A stretch of DNA of 51,359 nt from Eledone cirrhosa. Taxonomy: Eukaryota. The notes under the pieces were generated by a model. That model saw only the letters and a program-made list of their open reading frames with translations. It ran no database searches and was not told the DNA's origin. Both the position numbers and the translations under genes were made by a program. This document shows positions 18,170-30,411 of the stretch, one piece after another. The stretch lies in the NCBI GenBank assembly GCA_964016885.1, contig CAXHJY010001464.1:1-51359 (forward strand), given 5' to 3'. How positions within the stretch are numbered: the first letter of the stretch is position 1; each line of letters starts with the position of its first letter.

Positions 18170-18985
18170 GGTCCCACTGAAGTAAAAGTGTCAGCCAGAC
18201 AGAGGGTGACCTGGTAGTGGAACAGCACAGTAGATACAGCCATTAAAACCAAGACACAGGCATGGAAAGATTGGAAAAATGGGGGAAACAGAGACCGGTA
18301 CCAAGTAGCTAAGAAAGAAGCTAGGCAACAGGTATACATAGCTTGGAGAGAGGCTGAAGAAAGTAAATTTGCCAACGTTTTGAAATATGAAGTGTTCTAT
18401 ATTGCAGGCAGTGTGTTAGTGTGAATTAAGATGTTGGGGGGAAATGTTTTAGAAATGACGCTGGTGCACTTAGCACCACTGATGCCCAAAAGAAATAGGC
18501 CTAGAAATGTTACTACGAGAGATTAATGAATGTCAAGAATGGATAGAAGGAAGAGAAACTACCCCCAACTTATTCAAAGGAAGGACCAGTTATTGAAGTT
18601 GATAGTTTTAGGGTCAAAGACGCAATCAAGGTGAAGAATGGTAAAGCTGTGGGACCATCATCTTTGCTACAAGGTCAAAGGTGATGTTCAAGAAAAGAGC
18701 AACAACAGAGGTATAAAACTAATGGACCAAGTTATGAAAGGGATTGAAAGAGATATAGGGAAAGAGTCAAAATAGATGAGTTGCAGTTTGGTTTCATGCC
18801 TGGGAAAAGTATTACAGATGTCCTCTTCTTAGTGAGGCAACTACAAGAGAAGTTCCTAGCCATGTATTCAGCTTTTGTTGATCTTGAAAAGACCTTTGAC
18901 AGAGTACCCTGATCTATTATCTGGTGGTCCTTAAGGAAATTAGGTGTAAAAGAATGACTTATGAGAACAGTGAAAGCTATATATT
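18170..18985 (+). mobile_element. Degenerate RTE LINE (tether and RT N-terminal region)
   Basis: TW*WNSTVDTAIK...; RGIKLMDQVMK...LQFGFMPGKSITD...VRQLQEKF...AFVDLEKTFDRVP, with stops and frameshifts. Confidence 0.85.
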
Positions 18986-19004
18986 AAGCTGCATATTAAG
19001 CAGA

Positions 19005-19140
19005 AGGCCAACAATTCTGGGAAAGGGGAAAGTCGACTGAATTGATTCCAGTGCGTTACTGGTACTTTATTTTTTCGACCCAGTAAGGATGAAAGACAAA
19101 GCTAAACTCGGCAGTGTTTGAACTCAGAACGTAAAACATG
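19005..19140 (-). mobile_element. MetaSINE-like SINE fragment
   Basis: Reverse complement of the 11072 family core (CTGGTACTTTATTTTTTCGACCCAGTAAGGATGAAAG...TTTGAACTC). Confidence 0.8.
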
Positions 19141-19143
19141 TTG

Positions 19144-19239
<96 letters not shown>

Positions 19240-19370
19240 TATATATGTATGTAAAAGGTAAACAGAAATAACAATACAATCGGTACAGTATATGGAAGGA
19301 ATATATATATATATATGTGTGTGTGTGTATATATATGTATATATATATATATATATAAATATATATATAT

Positions 19371-19756
19371 ATATCACAGAAAAAAAGAGAATCAGTGTTG
19401 CGACGAATGGAATTTATTGGACATATTACAATCGTTTCTCTGCCGACCAGCTCGAGGCACGATCGGTGTGATGATCAAACCTGACTCTGAAATTCTATGA
19501 AGCAGATTTTCCTAAAATCTGCTTCGTAGAATCAAGACGTATCTGAGGACCTTGCGATTTTCAGAGTCAGGTTTGATCATCACACCGATCGTGCCTCGAG
19601 CTGGTCGCCAGAGAAACGATTGTAATATGTCCAATAAATTCCATTCATCGCAACACTGATTCTCTTTTTTTCTGTGATATCATACTCTGCTCTATGAGAG
19701 CATCAAGTGCTCAAACAGCCTACCGCATACGGACGCTTTAAGCATCAAATACCAAT
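19371..19756 (+). mobile_element. Hairpin non-autonomous PLE-like element, family 1 (inverted arm, hammerhead, AATAAA, tail)
   Basis: 122-bp inverted arms 19371-19492/19559-19680 (2 mismatches), internal hairpin 19492-19532, tail 19681-19756 homologous to 36461-36530 (-), flanked by (TA)n. Confidence 0.75.
19536..19631 (+). ncRNA. Type I hammerhead ribozyme with long helix II
   Basis: Helix I GACGTAT/ATATGTC; CUGAGGA 19543-19549; 63-nt imperfect helix II; GAAA 19613-19616; minimal helix III CGATTG; GUA site at 19624; AATAAA 19633-19638. Confidence 0.8.
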
Positions 19757-19764
19757 TATATATA

Positions 19765-20653
19765 CAGGGTGCGAACGATATCTGTTCGCAAGATTACTGT
19801 CTAGGAAAAAGTAACACAGTAGTTTTATTTTTTAAGATATATTTATCAAACTTGGGTCAGTTTGTCTTCATTACTTGTTCTTTCGATCTCACTCGATAAA
19901 CCCGCCATTGGCTTTGATGACGGCCTCAAGGCGGCCTCGGAACCGGCTACAGGCCTTCGTCACTGTCCCCCGATTTAGGCCCCTAAAGGCACTTGTGATA
20001 CTGGCCTTCCGATCATCTTTCGTATTGCAGCTAGATCTGTTGGTGTCTCATTCCACTGCGCCCCGCACAAATAAGTCGAGGGGGTTGCATTCAGGCGAGC
20101 TGGGAGGCCATATGTCAGGTGAAGTGTGGTCGACGAAGTTCTCTAACAGCCAGGCTTGGGTCTTTCGGCTGGTATGGCAGGGCGCTGAGTCTTGCTGCCA
20201 CACGTACGGCCTACCTGCAGCTACCTGGTCGATCCAAGGCTTTACTACCTCGCTCAGAACGCGGATGTAGCCATCGGTGTTCAGCTTGAGGCCCTCAGGG
20301 AAGAAGTGAGGTGGCATGACATCACCTTGACTGCTGACGACACCTAAGACCAATGTTGTCGCTGGAAACTTTGTCTGCATGACTCTGGGCACGTCTTTGG
20401 ATGAGACAGCGACCCACTTGTTGTTGTGGAAGTTGATCTTCTGGTCTTATTTGTCCTCCCGGCGATGATTCCAAGAAGAACTCCATGTCTCTTCCACAAA
20501 TTTGGAGGTTCAAAATTATTCATAATCAATTATTCTGAAAATAAATAATGGAAATATAGTCACTGTTTTTATGAAGACAAGAGTGACAACGGAAGTAAAA
20601 AACATTTGCATAAAATTAGCAGTTGAAAATTGCGAACAAATATCGTCCGCACC

Positions 20654-20656
<3 letters not shown>
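19765..20656 (-). mobile_element. Non-autonomous Tc1/mariner (maT, DD37D) element, internally deleted, copy 2
   Basis: TIRs CAGGGTGCGAACGATATCTGTTCGCAA / TTGCGAACAAATATCGTCCGCACCCTG, TA flanks; WQQD-(37 aa)-D motif QQDSAPCH...WPPSSPECNPLD. Confidence 0.93.
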
Positions 20657-20697
<41 letters not shown>

Positions 20698-21354
20698 CTG
20701 AAGCATGTTGTTTGATGCTCTACTGATTTTTATCAATCAATCCACCACCCTCAAAAAATAAATTGCTAAACTCCTTCACCGGGAACCAACATTGTGGAAA
20801 TATGCAAAGAAAAGGAGAGTGTCATATGGTAGTATGACTTGTCAAATGATTTGTTGTGGGCAAGCCTGTACTATGAAATAAAAAAATGCAGGCTTTGTAA
20901 TTTTCTCAGTGTGGTCACAGCAAAAAGTGTCAAAAATTATGTTCCCCAGCAAACCTAGAGTGTTAAATACCCAGGTATTAACTCTGGGTAGAGGCTTGAT
21001 AAAATGATTAGCAATAATGCACTAGTTCATTTCTCTCGGGTTGCTAATACCTTACCATGGTGGTGGTGGTGGTGGTGGGTAGTGCTTGTGTGTCTGAGAG
21101 TCCCTACAATTTGTAGACAGGGGTCAAATCTTGGGTTGCTGATACCTTGCCATGATGGAGGGTCCTTGTGTGTCCTTGAGTTCCAACAATTTGTATATAG
21201 GTATCAAATTTAAGAAGCAATACAACCACTCCCATCCACACATTCACCGCTGAACTAGAAACCAGGTAAACTACTAATTGTTGGTGTTTAACCCTAGGTT
21301 GGCCTTCATTAAGCAGACCAATGATGAAGACCAATCCATCTTAATTTCAGCACC

Positions 21355-21560
21355 ACTCCCACTACATCATCATTACCATCACCACCATCATCTCCAAAAC
21401 AAACATAATATTTTTCAACGTCATCATCACTATCACCACCACCACTACCATCACCATGATCATTACCATCTTCACCACCATCACTATAACCATAACCATC
21501 ATCATCATCGTCAACACCACAATCCTCTTTCATAACAGCGCCACCATAACCTTTATCATT
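21355..21560. repeat. (CAT/CAC)n low-complexity tract
   Basis: Degenerate trinucleotide repeat. Confidence 0.85.
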
Positions 21561-23134
21561 ACCGTGATTTGGGGGAGATCGGGTTACTAATCTCTAAAGA
21601 GTCAACAGATTACATGAGGCGGGGGCTTCCTCGTCGTGTTGAAGGTCTACGTTAGCAATAAATATCCTAATAAATAAATAAACAAATAATAACATTGATA
21701 GAATAATAAAATAAGTGTGCGCGGCCAGTGACAAGTGAGAGACGATTCCATACGAATCTACCTATCCCATTTTGACAAATTTTAGTCCACCTCTTCTCCC
21801 ATCCATCCCTCCTTTTGTTATCGTCCACCCACCTGCTACCATTTCTTTAAAGTACCTGTTGTATCCATACGCCATACTAAGGTAGAGGATGTCAAAAAAG
21901 ACCAGCTTCATTAATCCAAAATTTTATTGACGAATTAAGATGATCAAGAAAGTGTAAGTTACCCCAAAAATCGATATTGTTTTGCTATTTATATTTATTT
22001 ATTTTTTAATACTAAATTTAAGATTAACACACATACACTTGATTCATAGATATCTTTTTTTTGTAACGGTCAGAAATTTCAAGACATGAAATTATAGATT
22101 TCTATCTAAACTTTGGTAAAAATTTCCTACAGTTTTATTTAAAAGTTATCGACGCCAATATATTGCTAGGACAAATTTTGATAAATCTATAGAAAGACCC
22201 ACCTCGCATCAATTTCAGTGGAGAAATAATTTTTTTCTTCGTTTCTTTTTTAATTTTTTTTTATTCCCGGGTTCTTTGCAGCATGCTCGGATATAAAATT
22301 AGCGAGGGGGGGGGGGGGGGAAATAATGATAAAGAAAGCTTCGAGGGGAGGGTAATGAAAAGTCCGCGGTGACCCTTCTCCCTTTTCTGGGTGAAAAAGT
22401 CGTTAGGGTTAGCGGGTAAGTTTAATTGATAGTACACGAAAAGAACTATTCCATTGAAATCGGTGGGGATTTCTTTCTCTAATAATACCCAAATTTTATA
22501 TCGATCCTTGGAGAATTAGGTAGAAAAACGTTGATAGCACTTTAAATTGCAGTTTACTTGGTCACTTATAAGCTACCTGCATATTTACAGTTCAACGTGC
22601 CATCAACTTTTACCAATTTATTCATAATTCAAATGTATTTAGCATGTTGCGCTTTTTCCTGATTAAAAAAACAATCATTTTAACTTTTTCGGATTAGCCT
22701 CTTGTTTTTCGATATTTTTACTTATAATTAACTTATCAATATTTCTACCAGGATCAATAAAAGAAATTATAAACCTGATAATTTAAAGAAGAAAAACTTA
22801 AATGAAATTTGGTCGAGTTTATCTGAATACTGCAATTGAAGAAAAATTATTTTTGTGCAGTTTGCCGATAACTTTAAATTAAGCAATTATTACCATGTAT
22901 ATAGTTTTTTCAATGCAAGACATAAAAAAAAAAAATTGTGGAGTTTGGGGGAATAAAATTCTGCAAAAATTACATGGTAATATTTTATCAACAATTGTAA
23001 GTAGATTCAAACATTTCTATTCTATTTTAATTACGTATTGCTCTCTTTTATAAGATTTAAACATATATCCTTTATATTATTAATTCCATTCACATCTAGT
23101 GCGCTCTATAGGAATATAAATAGATATAGTTTGA

Positions 23135-23270
23135 GTGGTAATTTATCTTATCGACTCTGGAAGGGTGAAGTCAAAATTGTGCCCGACAGAAATTCAATTC
23201 AGAACGTAAATAGCTAGAACTAAATACCGTGAGGTATTTTGTGTAACGTCCTTACGATTCTACCAATTGT
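23135..23270 (-). mobile_element. Degenerate MetaSINE-like fragment
   Basis: TATCGACTCTGGAAGGGTGAAG...TTCAGAACGTAAA similar to the other SINE copies. Confidence 0.55.
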
Positions 23271-24161
23271 TTAAGATTAATGATAGTTTCTCCCAAGTAT
23301 TATTAGTACGAACTGCATTCGTTACTAATCTACACTTCATTGTAACTAACATTCGTTACTAATTTAGGCCCCATTATAACAAACGTTGGTTGCTTTTCAA
23401 CTTCCCATTACAGCAAAATTGCTGAAACATTTTAACCTTAAAACTAAACCTAATTTGTCCACACTGTCCTTTCATTGGGGTTCGTAAAATGTTTACGATG
23501 ACCAACGATAACCAATATTTCGTAGAGTGTTTACTACGAATCAAATTTTGATGTTCTTCTTTCGTTGACTATCTCTCTATATATAAATATCTAATATAAG
23601 GATTTGTTTAATCTATCAGTTACATGGCTGTAAATTTGTTCTGTTGCTTGAATATGGTTCCCAAGCAAATAACTATTTCAGACATGCTAGAGTGAAGAAG
23701 CTAACTAGATATTGTCTGCTAGTTAGTGGAGAATTTCCCCACACCATCGCTGGCCAATCTCTGCTCAGACTGAGTTGTTGTGACTGTCTCCTCCCCATCT
23801 GCTTTTCTTTCATTGCTTGATCCTTCTTTTCTTTTTCTGTTCCCTTTAATAGTGTGTTTTGTTTATACTAGATACTGCTCAATTATTTTTATATAATAAT
23901 GTCAATGGCCTTTCAAGAAAATTGTTCACTATTTTATTGTTGGCAATAACAAGATTGTGTTCTTCTCTAACAATCTATTTTATTTTTAGGTTTTAACCTG
24001 GGAGTTTCACCATACATTCGGTCTTTCTTTCCAGTTTTTTTCCCTTGTTGAATACAATGAATTTCTCATTAGGAAAATATTGCCTTCCTCTCCTTGCATG
24101 GATATCATACGAATAAAGCCCTTCAAATCACTTCTAAAAAAAAATAATTGTTTCTATTTTA

Positions 24162-24238
24162 GGCACAAGGCCAGCAATTACCCAGTACATTACTGGCACT
24201 TTATTTTATCGACCCCGTAAGGATGAAAGGCAAAGTTA
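24162..24238 (-). mobile_element. MetaSINE-like fragment
   Basis: GGCACAAGGCCAGC...ACTTTATTTTATCGACCCCGTAAGGATGAAAGGCAAAGTTAA is the reverse complement of 11169-11247. Confidence 0.8.
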
Positions 24239-24554
24239 AAAAAATAATCATCGCTTGTTAACAATAATGCGGCTATTTTGACGTCTGACCTATATTGTTT
24301 CATAAGCAACGACAGGAGCCATTTATTTTCGTCTATTGTATCTTCACGAGTGGCTTGACATTAATTCACTCATACATGACGTTCTATTGAAACCAATTTT
24401 CATAGAATAATTTTATAAAAATTATTATTTGGGAAAATAATTTTAATTGTACAACAATTGTAAGGGGGTTGTTTTGCTTCAGGTATATATATAAAAAGGC
24501 TATTGAAAGGAAAAAACTAGTCAATAAAATAAAACTGAAAGGACCAAATGTAGA

Positions 24555-24735
24555 AGGAGGGGAAAGTTAATTAAATCTGCCCCAGTGTGCTACTGGTACT
24601 TTATTTTATCGACTCCGTAAGAACGAAATGCAAAGCTAACCTCGGCGGGATTTGAACTCAGAACGTAAAGTTACGTAACTATATGCTGGAAAGCATGTCC
24701 GACTCTCTACCGATTGCTGTCAATCTAGCACCCTG
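24555..24735 (-). mobile_element. MetaSINE-like SINE
   Basis: Reverse complement of tRNA head (GGATTTGAACTC) plus Meta core. Confidence 0.82.
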
Positions 24736-24924
24736 CTTTTAAAGTAGAATTTCCATTCGAAAATTTAATTGAAAAATTGAACAGTAAGAGAATTAAAAAA
24801 AAATTCTACCTCTAACATTTTCATAAGTTAAATACTACAGATTTGAAACGCTATTAAATATTTTTAGTTAATATTCTTTTCTCCCACATATTACTGGGAG
24901 GGTCATGGGGACAGTCACAAAACA

Positions 24925-25175
24925 CTTCTTCCAGCAGGTCCTGTCAGAAGCAACCATCTTCAATTGATTTTGCTGGATCCCAAAGCTAGACCAGTGGAGC
25001 TCATGGATGTTATTCAACCATCTTGATTGTGGTCTACCTACCCATGGGTCTCCTGTCGGTTGGTTTTGTCCAGAGATTCTTTCCTGAGATATTCTAACGA
25101 CGTATCCATAATATTGGAGCTGTTGTAGCAGTGGTTTGATATTCTCCTCAATAGAATTTCTTTCACACTATCAAG
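24925..25175 (-). mobile_element. RTE LINE fragment, same family as 16850-17190
   Basis: Reverse complement similar to 16980-17180 (GAGCTCATGGATGTTATTCAACCATCTTG). Confidence 0.7.
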
Positions 25176-25976
25176 TGGCCACAAATAAAATGATCTTTGG
25201 TGGCCTCATAGATAAGTTTCAATGGTTAATCGGTTTTTAGTCACCAATGTGTGTAAATTTTGACATAGAAACAGCTGTCTGCTCTGTCTTGTTTTCCAGA
25301 GACAGAATGAGTGATAGTGATAAATAGTTGACTCCCAGAGTCAGAGGAGAGTTGTAGAGTTGATTTTGAGCAGTTAAGACCCTCTATCTCCTTCTCTCTC
25401 TCACTGCCAGGCAAATAACCATCACATTACAGAAGTACAGTAAATTCCATCCTTTGAATCATTGTACATGTGCATACACCATAACAACTTAAGCTTTGTT
25501 TTCTTACATCGTTAATGATAGCCTTGTAAAAAGGTTATTTAATTAATAAATATATTAAGTAGCAATTGTGTTTTATTTGTTCATTCAATAGCATTTCACA
25601 CAGTGCTTTGTATGGGACAAGTTTACCTTACACATAATCACCCATCAAGCCAACAACAAATTACTACAGCTGCCATGCCAAAATGAACATAAACCATTGA
25701 ACAATGGACAAATATCAATTCTTATCACCAACAACAAAAAAATCAATTTGTGATCTCTCAATTTGGAGAAGTGGTGGCTTTACCTGGAGTGACTCTGATC
25801 TAAACACTCTATTGAGTAACATTAGTCAAAAGACCCAATTTTTAGTTTAAGTTTTTTTTTTTCGAAAATCTTTTCTGGAAAAACACAATCTATATAATAA
25901 ATATAATTTATGTATGAATGAAGTAATTCCGTCGGAAAGGTTCAGGAAAAAAGAGTGCTCTATGTAGGTTACAGAA

Positions 25977-26231
25977 CTTATTAATTATGTAATAAGCAAC
26001 ATAAGATAATTATTTCATTTACCAGTGGTTTCTTGAAAGCAAACAAATCTGCTTTCAGTCGTCAGAATGAAAAAATCCTGGTGTTTTTATTGAATGTAGA
26101 TTTCAAATCCACATTCAATAAACACACCAGGATTTTTTCATTTTGACAACTGAAAGCAGATTTGTTTGCTTTCAAGAAACCACTGGTAAATGAAATAATT
26201 ATCTTATGTTGTTTATTTCATAACTAATAAA
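25977..26231. mobile_element. Palindromic hammerhead element, family 2 (about 127-bp arms centred on 26104)
   Basis: Imperfect palindrome; tail left of it (25935-26030) homologous to 36197-36292. Confidence 0.78.
26013..26072 (-). ncRNA. Type I hammerhead ribozyme
   Basis: Minus strand: TTTCATT-CTGACGA-c TGAAAGCA gatttgtt TGCTTTCA a-GAAA-CCactGG-TA-AATGAAA; all three helices pair. Confidence 0.85.
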
Positions 26232-26359
26232 TATGATTTATGAAATAAATAAATTATTTTCTATTCTCATTGTTTCTTCGTTTTCTTCTATTTTTATTTT
26301 TTTATTTTCAGTTGAAGAAAAAGATAAAAGGGCAAAAGAGTCTATATATTTGTATTTTC

Positions 26360-26930
26360 AAGTTTACCAACCATACTGACCACTGCGTTAGTGTAATTGA
26401 ATGACCAAATTTTCCAGCCAGATTTACCGAAAATACTGACCACTACATTAGTGTCATTAATTGAACAGATTTTCTGGCCAAATTTATCAATATTGACCAC
26501 TGCATTAGTGTCATTAAGTGAACAGCCAAATTTATCAACAATACTGACCACTGCATTTCAGTGTCATTGAGTGAGCAGATTTCTTCACCAAAGTTAACAA
26601 GGATACTGACCACTACATTACTGTGTCATTAAGTGAACAGGTTTCCTGGTAAAATTTACCAAAAAATACTGACCATTGCATTAATATCATTAAGTGAACA
26701 GATTTCTTCAAATTGATCAAGGATACTGACCACTACATTTACTTTAGTGACATATTTTCAAGACAGATTTATCAACAATACTGACCACTACATTACAATA
26801 GAGACCATATTTCTTGGCTGAATTTAACAAAAATATTGACCTCTATATTACAGCAGAGACAAGATTTCTTGGCCAAATTTACAAAAAATACTGATCACTG
26901 CACTACAGTGTCATTGAGAGACCAAAATTG
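26360..26930. repeat. Degenerate ~55-60 bp tandem repeat, about 10 copies (core AATACTGACCACTRCATTA), probably in the 5'UTR
   Basis: Recurring AAATTTACC..AATACTGACCACT.CATTAGTGTCATT units downstream of a splice acceptor at 26310-26311. Confidence 0.85.
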
Positions 26931-26959
26931 TCTATCAGGACCTCCCTCTCTCACTAACT

Positions 26960-29024
26960 ATGTCTGCTGTCCAACATTGTAATAGAATGAGTTATTCAGA
27001 TCTGCAACAAACTGACCTTTCTGCTGGACATTCTCTGCTGGACAGTGCAGCAATATCTACCATCACACATGTACATTTAAGTGCTAGTGGTGATGGTAGT
27101 ACTAATAATACTATTACTAGCACCACAAGCAGTAGCACTACTCCTACTAATAACCTAGGTGAAGATGGTCAGAATTTTTCGAATTCTCCTTTAATTGACA
27201 AATACCATATTAACTGCAATGTGTCTGTCCCTACCAACATTTACAATAGTGGAGATAAGTGTGTTGTGATAAAATGGATTCCAGCTTGCAATACTAGTTT
27301 GATCACATCTTCAAATAGTTGCTATGGAAATACTTTTTTAACTGTTAATGACCGAGTCAACAGCTTGTTCTTTGACCATGGCGTGGACATATCATGTTCA
27401 AGTGATTATCTTAAAAATTTATTTGACTCAGTTCACCAGATATTCGATCTAGAAGATATTGATCCCTCAGCATCTACGGCAAACTGGTCAGCTTCTTATG
27501 GTTGTAGAGACTGTAGTGACTGGACAACTCCGAATGGATGTATTAATTGGTCAGCTTTTAATGGCTATAGTAACCACACAATTCTTAATGGTCATAATGA
27601 CTATCCAGCTCGTAATGGCCATAATGACTATCCAGCTCGTAATGGCCATAATGACTATCCAGCTCCTAATGGTCATAATGACTATCCAGCTCCTAATGGT
27701 CATAATGACTATCCAGCTCCTAATGGCCATAATGACTATCCAGCTCCTAATGGTCATAATGACTATCCAGCTCCTAATGGCCATAATGACTATCCAGCTC
27801 CTAATGGCCATAATGACTATCCAGCTCCTAATGGTCATAATGACTATCCAGCTCCTAATGGCCATAATGACTATCCAGCTCCTAATGGTCATAATGACTA
27901 TCCAGCTCCTAATGGTCATAATGACTATCCAGCTCCTAATGGTCATAATGACTATCCAGCTCCTAATGGTCATAATGACTATCCAGCTCCTAATGGTCAT
28001 AATGACTATCCAGCTCCTAATGGTCATAATGACTATCCAGCTCCTAATGGTCATAATGACTATCCAGCTCCTAATGGTCATAATGACTATCCAGCTCCTA
28101 ATGGTCATAATGACTATCCAGCTCCTAATGGTCATAATGACTATCCAGCTCCTAATGGTCATAATGACTATCCAGCTCCTAATGGTCATAATGACTATCC
28201 AGCTCCTAATGGTCATAATGACTATCCAGCTCCTAATGGTCATAATGACTATCCAGCTCCTAATGGTCATAATGACTATCCAGCTCCTAATGGTCATAAT
28301 GACTATCCAGCTCCTAATGGTCATAATATCTGGTCAGTATTTAATGACTGTAATAATAACAACCAGTTAGTTCCAATTAACTGGTCAATGTGTCATAACT
28401 TCAATGACTGCTCAGTATCTAATGGGCATACAGCCTGGTCACTACCACCTGACTATAGTTCCAACAATTTGTACAGTTCGTTTATGGACTTCAGTAACAA
28501 CAGCTCAAATTATGGTAGATATTCTAATGGTCAAGATCTGCCATTTTCCAGTCATGGTGTTTCAGGCCCTGGAGATGGTAGCAACAGTTTGTATCCAATA
28601 TATGGCCCCACATACTGTAACATATGTCCAGTACTGGAACAATCTCCCAAAGTTCCCCAACTGACCTGTTTGCCAAATGGAAACCATCAAAATAACAAGA
28701 CATCTGTATCAATGAAGTCTTTTAATCTTGAAACCTCCCAGGTAACTGGGAATTTCGTCTCAAATAACATTTATCAGGACACCACTAGAAGTTTCTCTAG
28801 AAATGAGGTGCTTGGCAATGAAGTAATGCAACCGGGGCACACATTCCTGAATTCCAGTCAACCACCCAATTTCATCCAATCACCCACATTCACCCAACCA
28901 CCCACTTCCACTCTAGGAGCAGCAATGTCTGCTGTCAAGGAGAAAAGCAATTGTTCTGAACAAGCTTTATCTGTTGGTCACCCAAGGGTTGGACAATGTT
29001 ATGTACCAGGCTGTCAAAACTGGG
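26960..29024 (+). CDS. Coding exon 1 of an uncharacterised N/S-rich protein with 27 NGHNDYPAP repeats
   Basis: 688 open codons; strong donor G|GTGAGT at 29025 (phase 1); commonest repeat variant GGT/GGC is synonymous in this frame. Confidence 0.75.
27587..28327 (+). repeat. 27-bp coding minisatellite, 27 full copies plus a partial
   Basis: Unit AATGGYCATAATGACTATCCAGCTCST. Confidence 0.98.
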
Positions 29025-29149
29025 GTGAGTATTCAACACAATCTCTCTTTCTGTCTGTCTTTCTCTCACACTATCTATTTCTATGTGTGTGTGTGTCTCT
29101 CTCTCTTTCTCGCATTCCATCACTCGTGAACACTGCCTCGAGATAATTC

Positions 29150-30000
29150 TGCCTTAGTAGAACTTCATTCACATGTAGAGTGCACTGCGCAGGCTTCCTT
29201 GAGAGGACACATGTCTGTTTTTGCAGCACTGATTTTCATTCCAGCCATGCAGCATTCTGCATCAAACCTATTAAGTGCAAGTCAGAGATCGTCTTCTGTC
29301 AAGTTAAGTAACACAATGTTGTCTGCACATTCCAGCCGACTGATTTTTACGCCCGCCAATCATGATACCACTGCCAGCCTGGCTGTGCATCTCAATCCTG
29401 TTCATGAAAATAATGAACAGGAGAGGTGATAGTATGCTCCATTGGCAGAGTTTGACTCATTGAATGGTTTTGATTTAGTGCCATTTATCCGAACACAATT
29501 AATCAGGCATTTGTATAGAGACATTGGGGCAGCAAGAAGCTGACCATGGATCCCATACTCCTGCACAACCTTTCACAGAAGGTCCCAAGGAATGCAGTCA
29601 TATGCCTTTTCCAGGTCTACAAAACAAGAATATACCTCTAGGAAATACTCCCATGATTTCTCAAAGACCTGCCGTAGTATGAATATTTGGTCGACTGTGC
29701 AGTGTCCAGAGCAAAAACCGCATTGATCATCAGCTAGTTTGAACTTGACAATCTCCCTGCATCTCTTCGCCATTTAGCATAGACTTTACTGGGGAGATTT
29801 AACAAGACGATCCCTCTGTAATTGTAACAATGTCTCTTGTCTCCCTTTTTGAAAATTGGGATTCACTCTCGATTGCCATTACTTAGGTGCCTTTCCAGAT
29901 ATCCAGCACACACGAGTCAGCCAGAGAATACCTTCTCTTTTTAAGGCTTTTAACATCTTGGGCTGGATTTCATCTTCCCCAGTGACCTTGCCACATTTGA
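29150..30000 (-). mobile_element. Intronic RTE LINE RT fragment, antisense to the gene
   Basis: DDQCGFCSGHCTVDQIFILRQVFEKSWEY...CFVDLEKAYDCIP. Confidence 0.85.
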
Positions 30001-30070
30001 GCTCTTTAACTTTATATATATATACCCTTTGCATCATTGCTCATCCATTAACGGTTTTTGTTCTCAACAG

Positions 30071-30411
30071 GTCCAAGTATTGTATCAGGCTGTGCCATTC
30101 CAGTTCAGGGATTAAACACAGGATCTAGATCTTCATTGAGTTACACCAATGGATCAGAAGAATCATCCACTGCCAAAGTCAATAACTTAATCATCAATCA
30201 TACTGAAACTTATACACCTTCTGCTGCATCTACTGTGGCATCAGGAACCACAGGCTCTGACACTGCACCCTGTACAAACCCCACTGTTGCTGTAACATCA
30301 CCTGGAACTTTCAGGGAAAAGGAATTAAGCAAGGACAATGCCCGGGAAATTGAAGAAATGGCTGACTCTGAAAATGATGTGCTTATGGTGAAAATTTTCA
30401 ACCATGACAAG
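30071..30411 (+). CDS. Coding exon 2 (S/T-rich, then acidic)
   Basis: Acceptor TTTTGTTCTCAACAG, phase 1 matches exon 1 and the open frame 30058-30453; donor AAG|GTAAAA phase 0. Confidence 0.72.

Noticed and set aside
21278-21535. Poly-His ORF, and poly-Asp ORF at 9926-10150
   Set aside because: Trinucleotide low-complexity tracts with no exon support
27459-28370. Alternative-frame ORFs over the 27-bp repeat (MVIMTIQLL; MTIRSWIVI)
   Set aside because: Largely confined to the repeat; the T/C variant is non-synonymous in these frames but silent in the 26960 frame
29025-29146. Hydrophobic C-terminus of the 728-aa ORF as a transmembrane helix
   Set aside because: Lies after a consensus GTGAGT donor and derives from CT/GT microsatellite; intronic read-through
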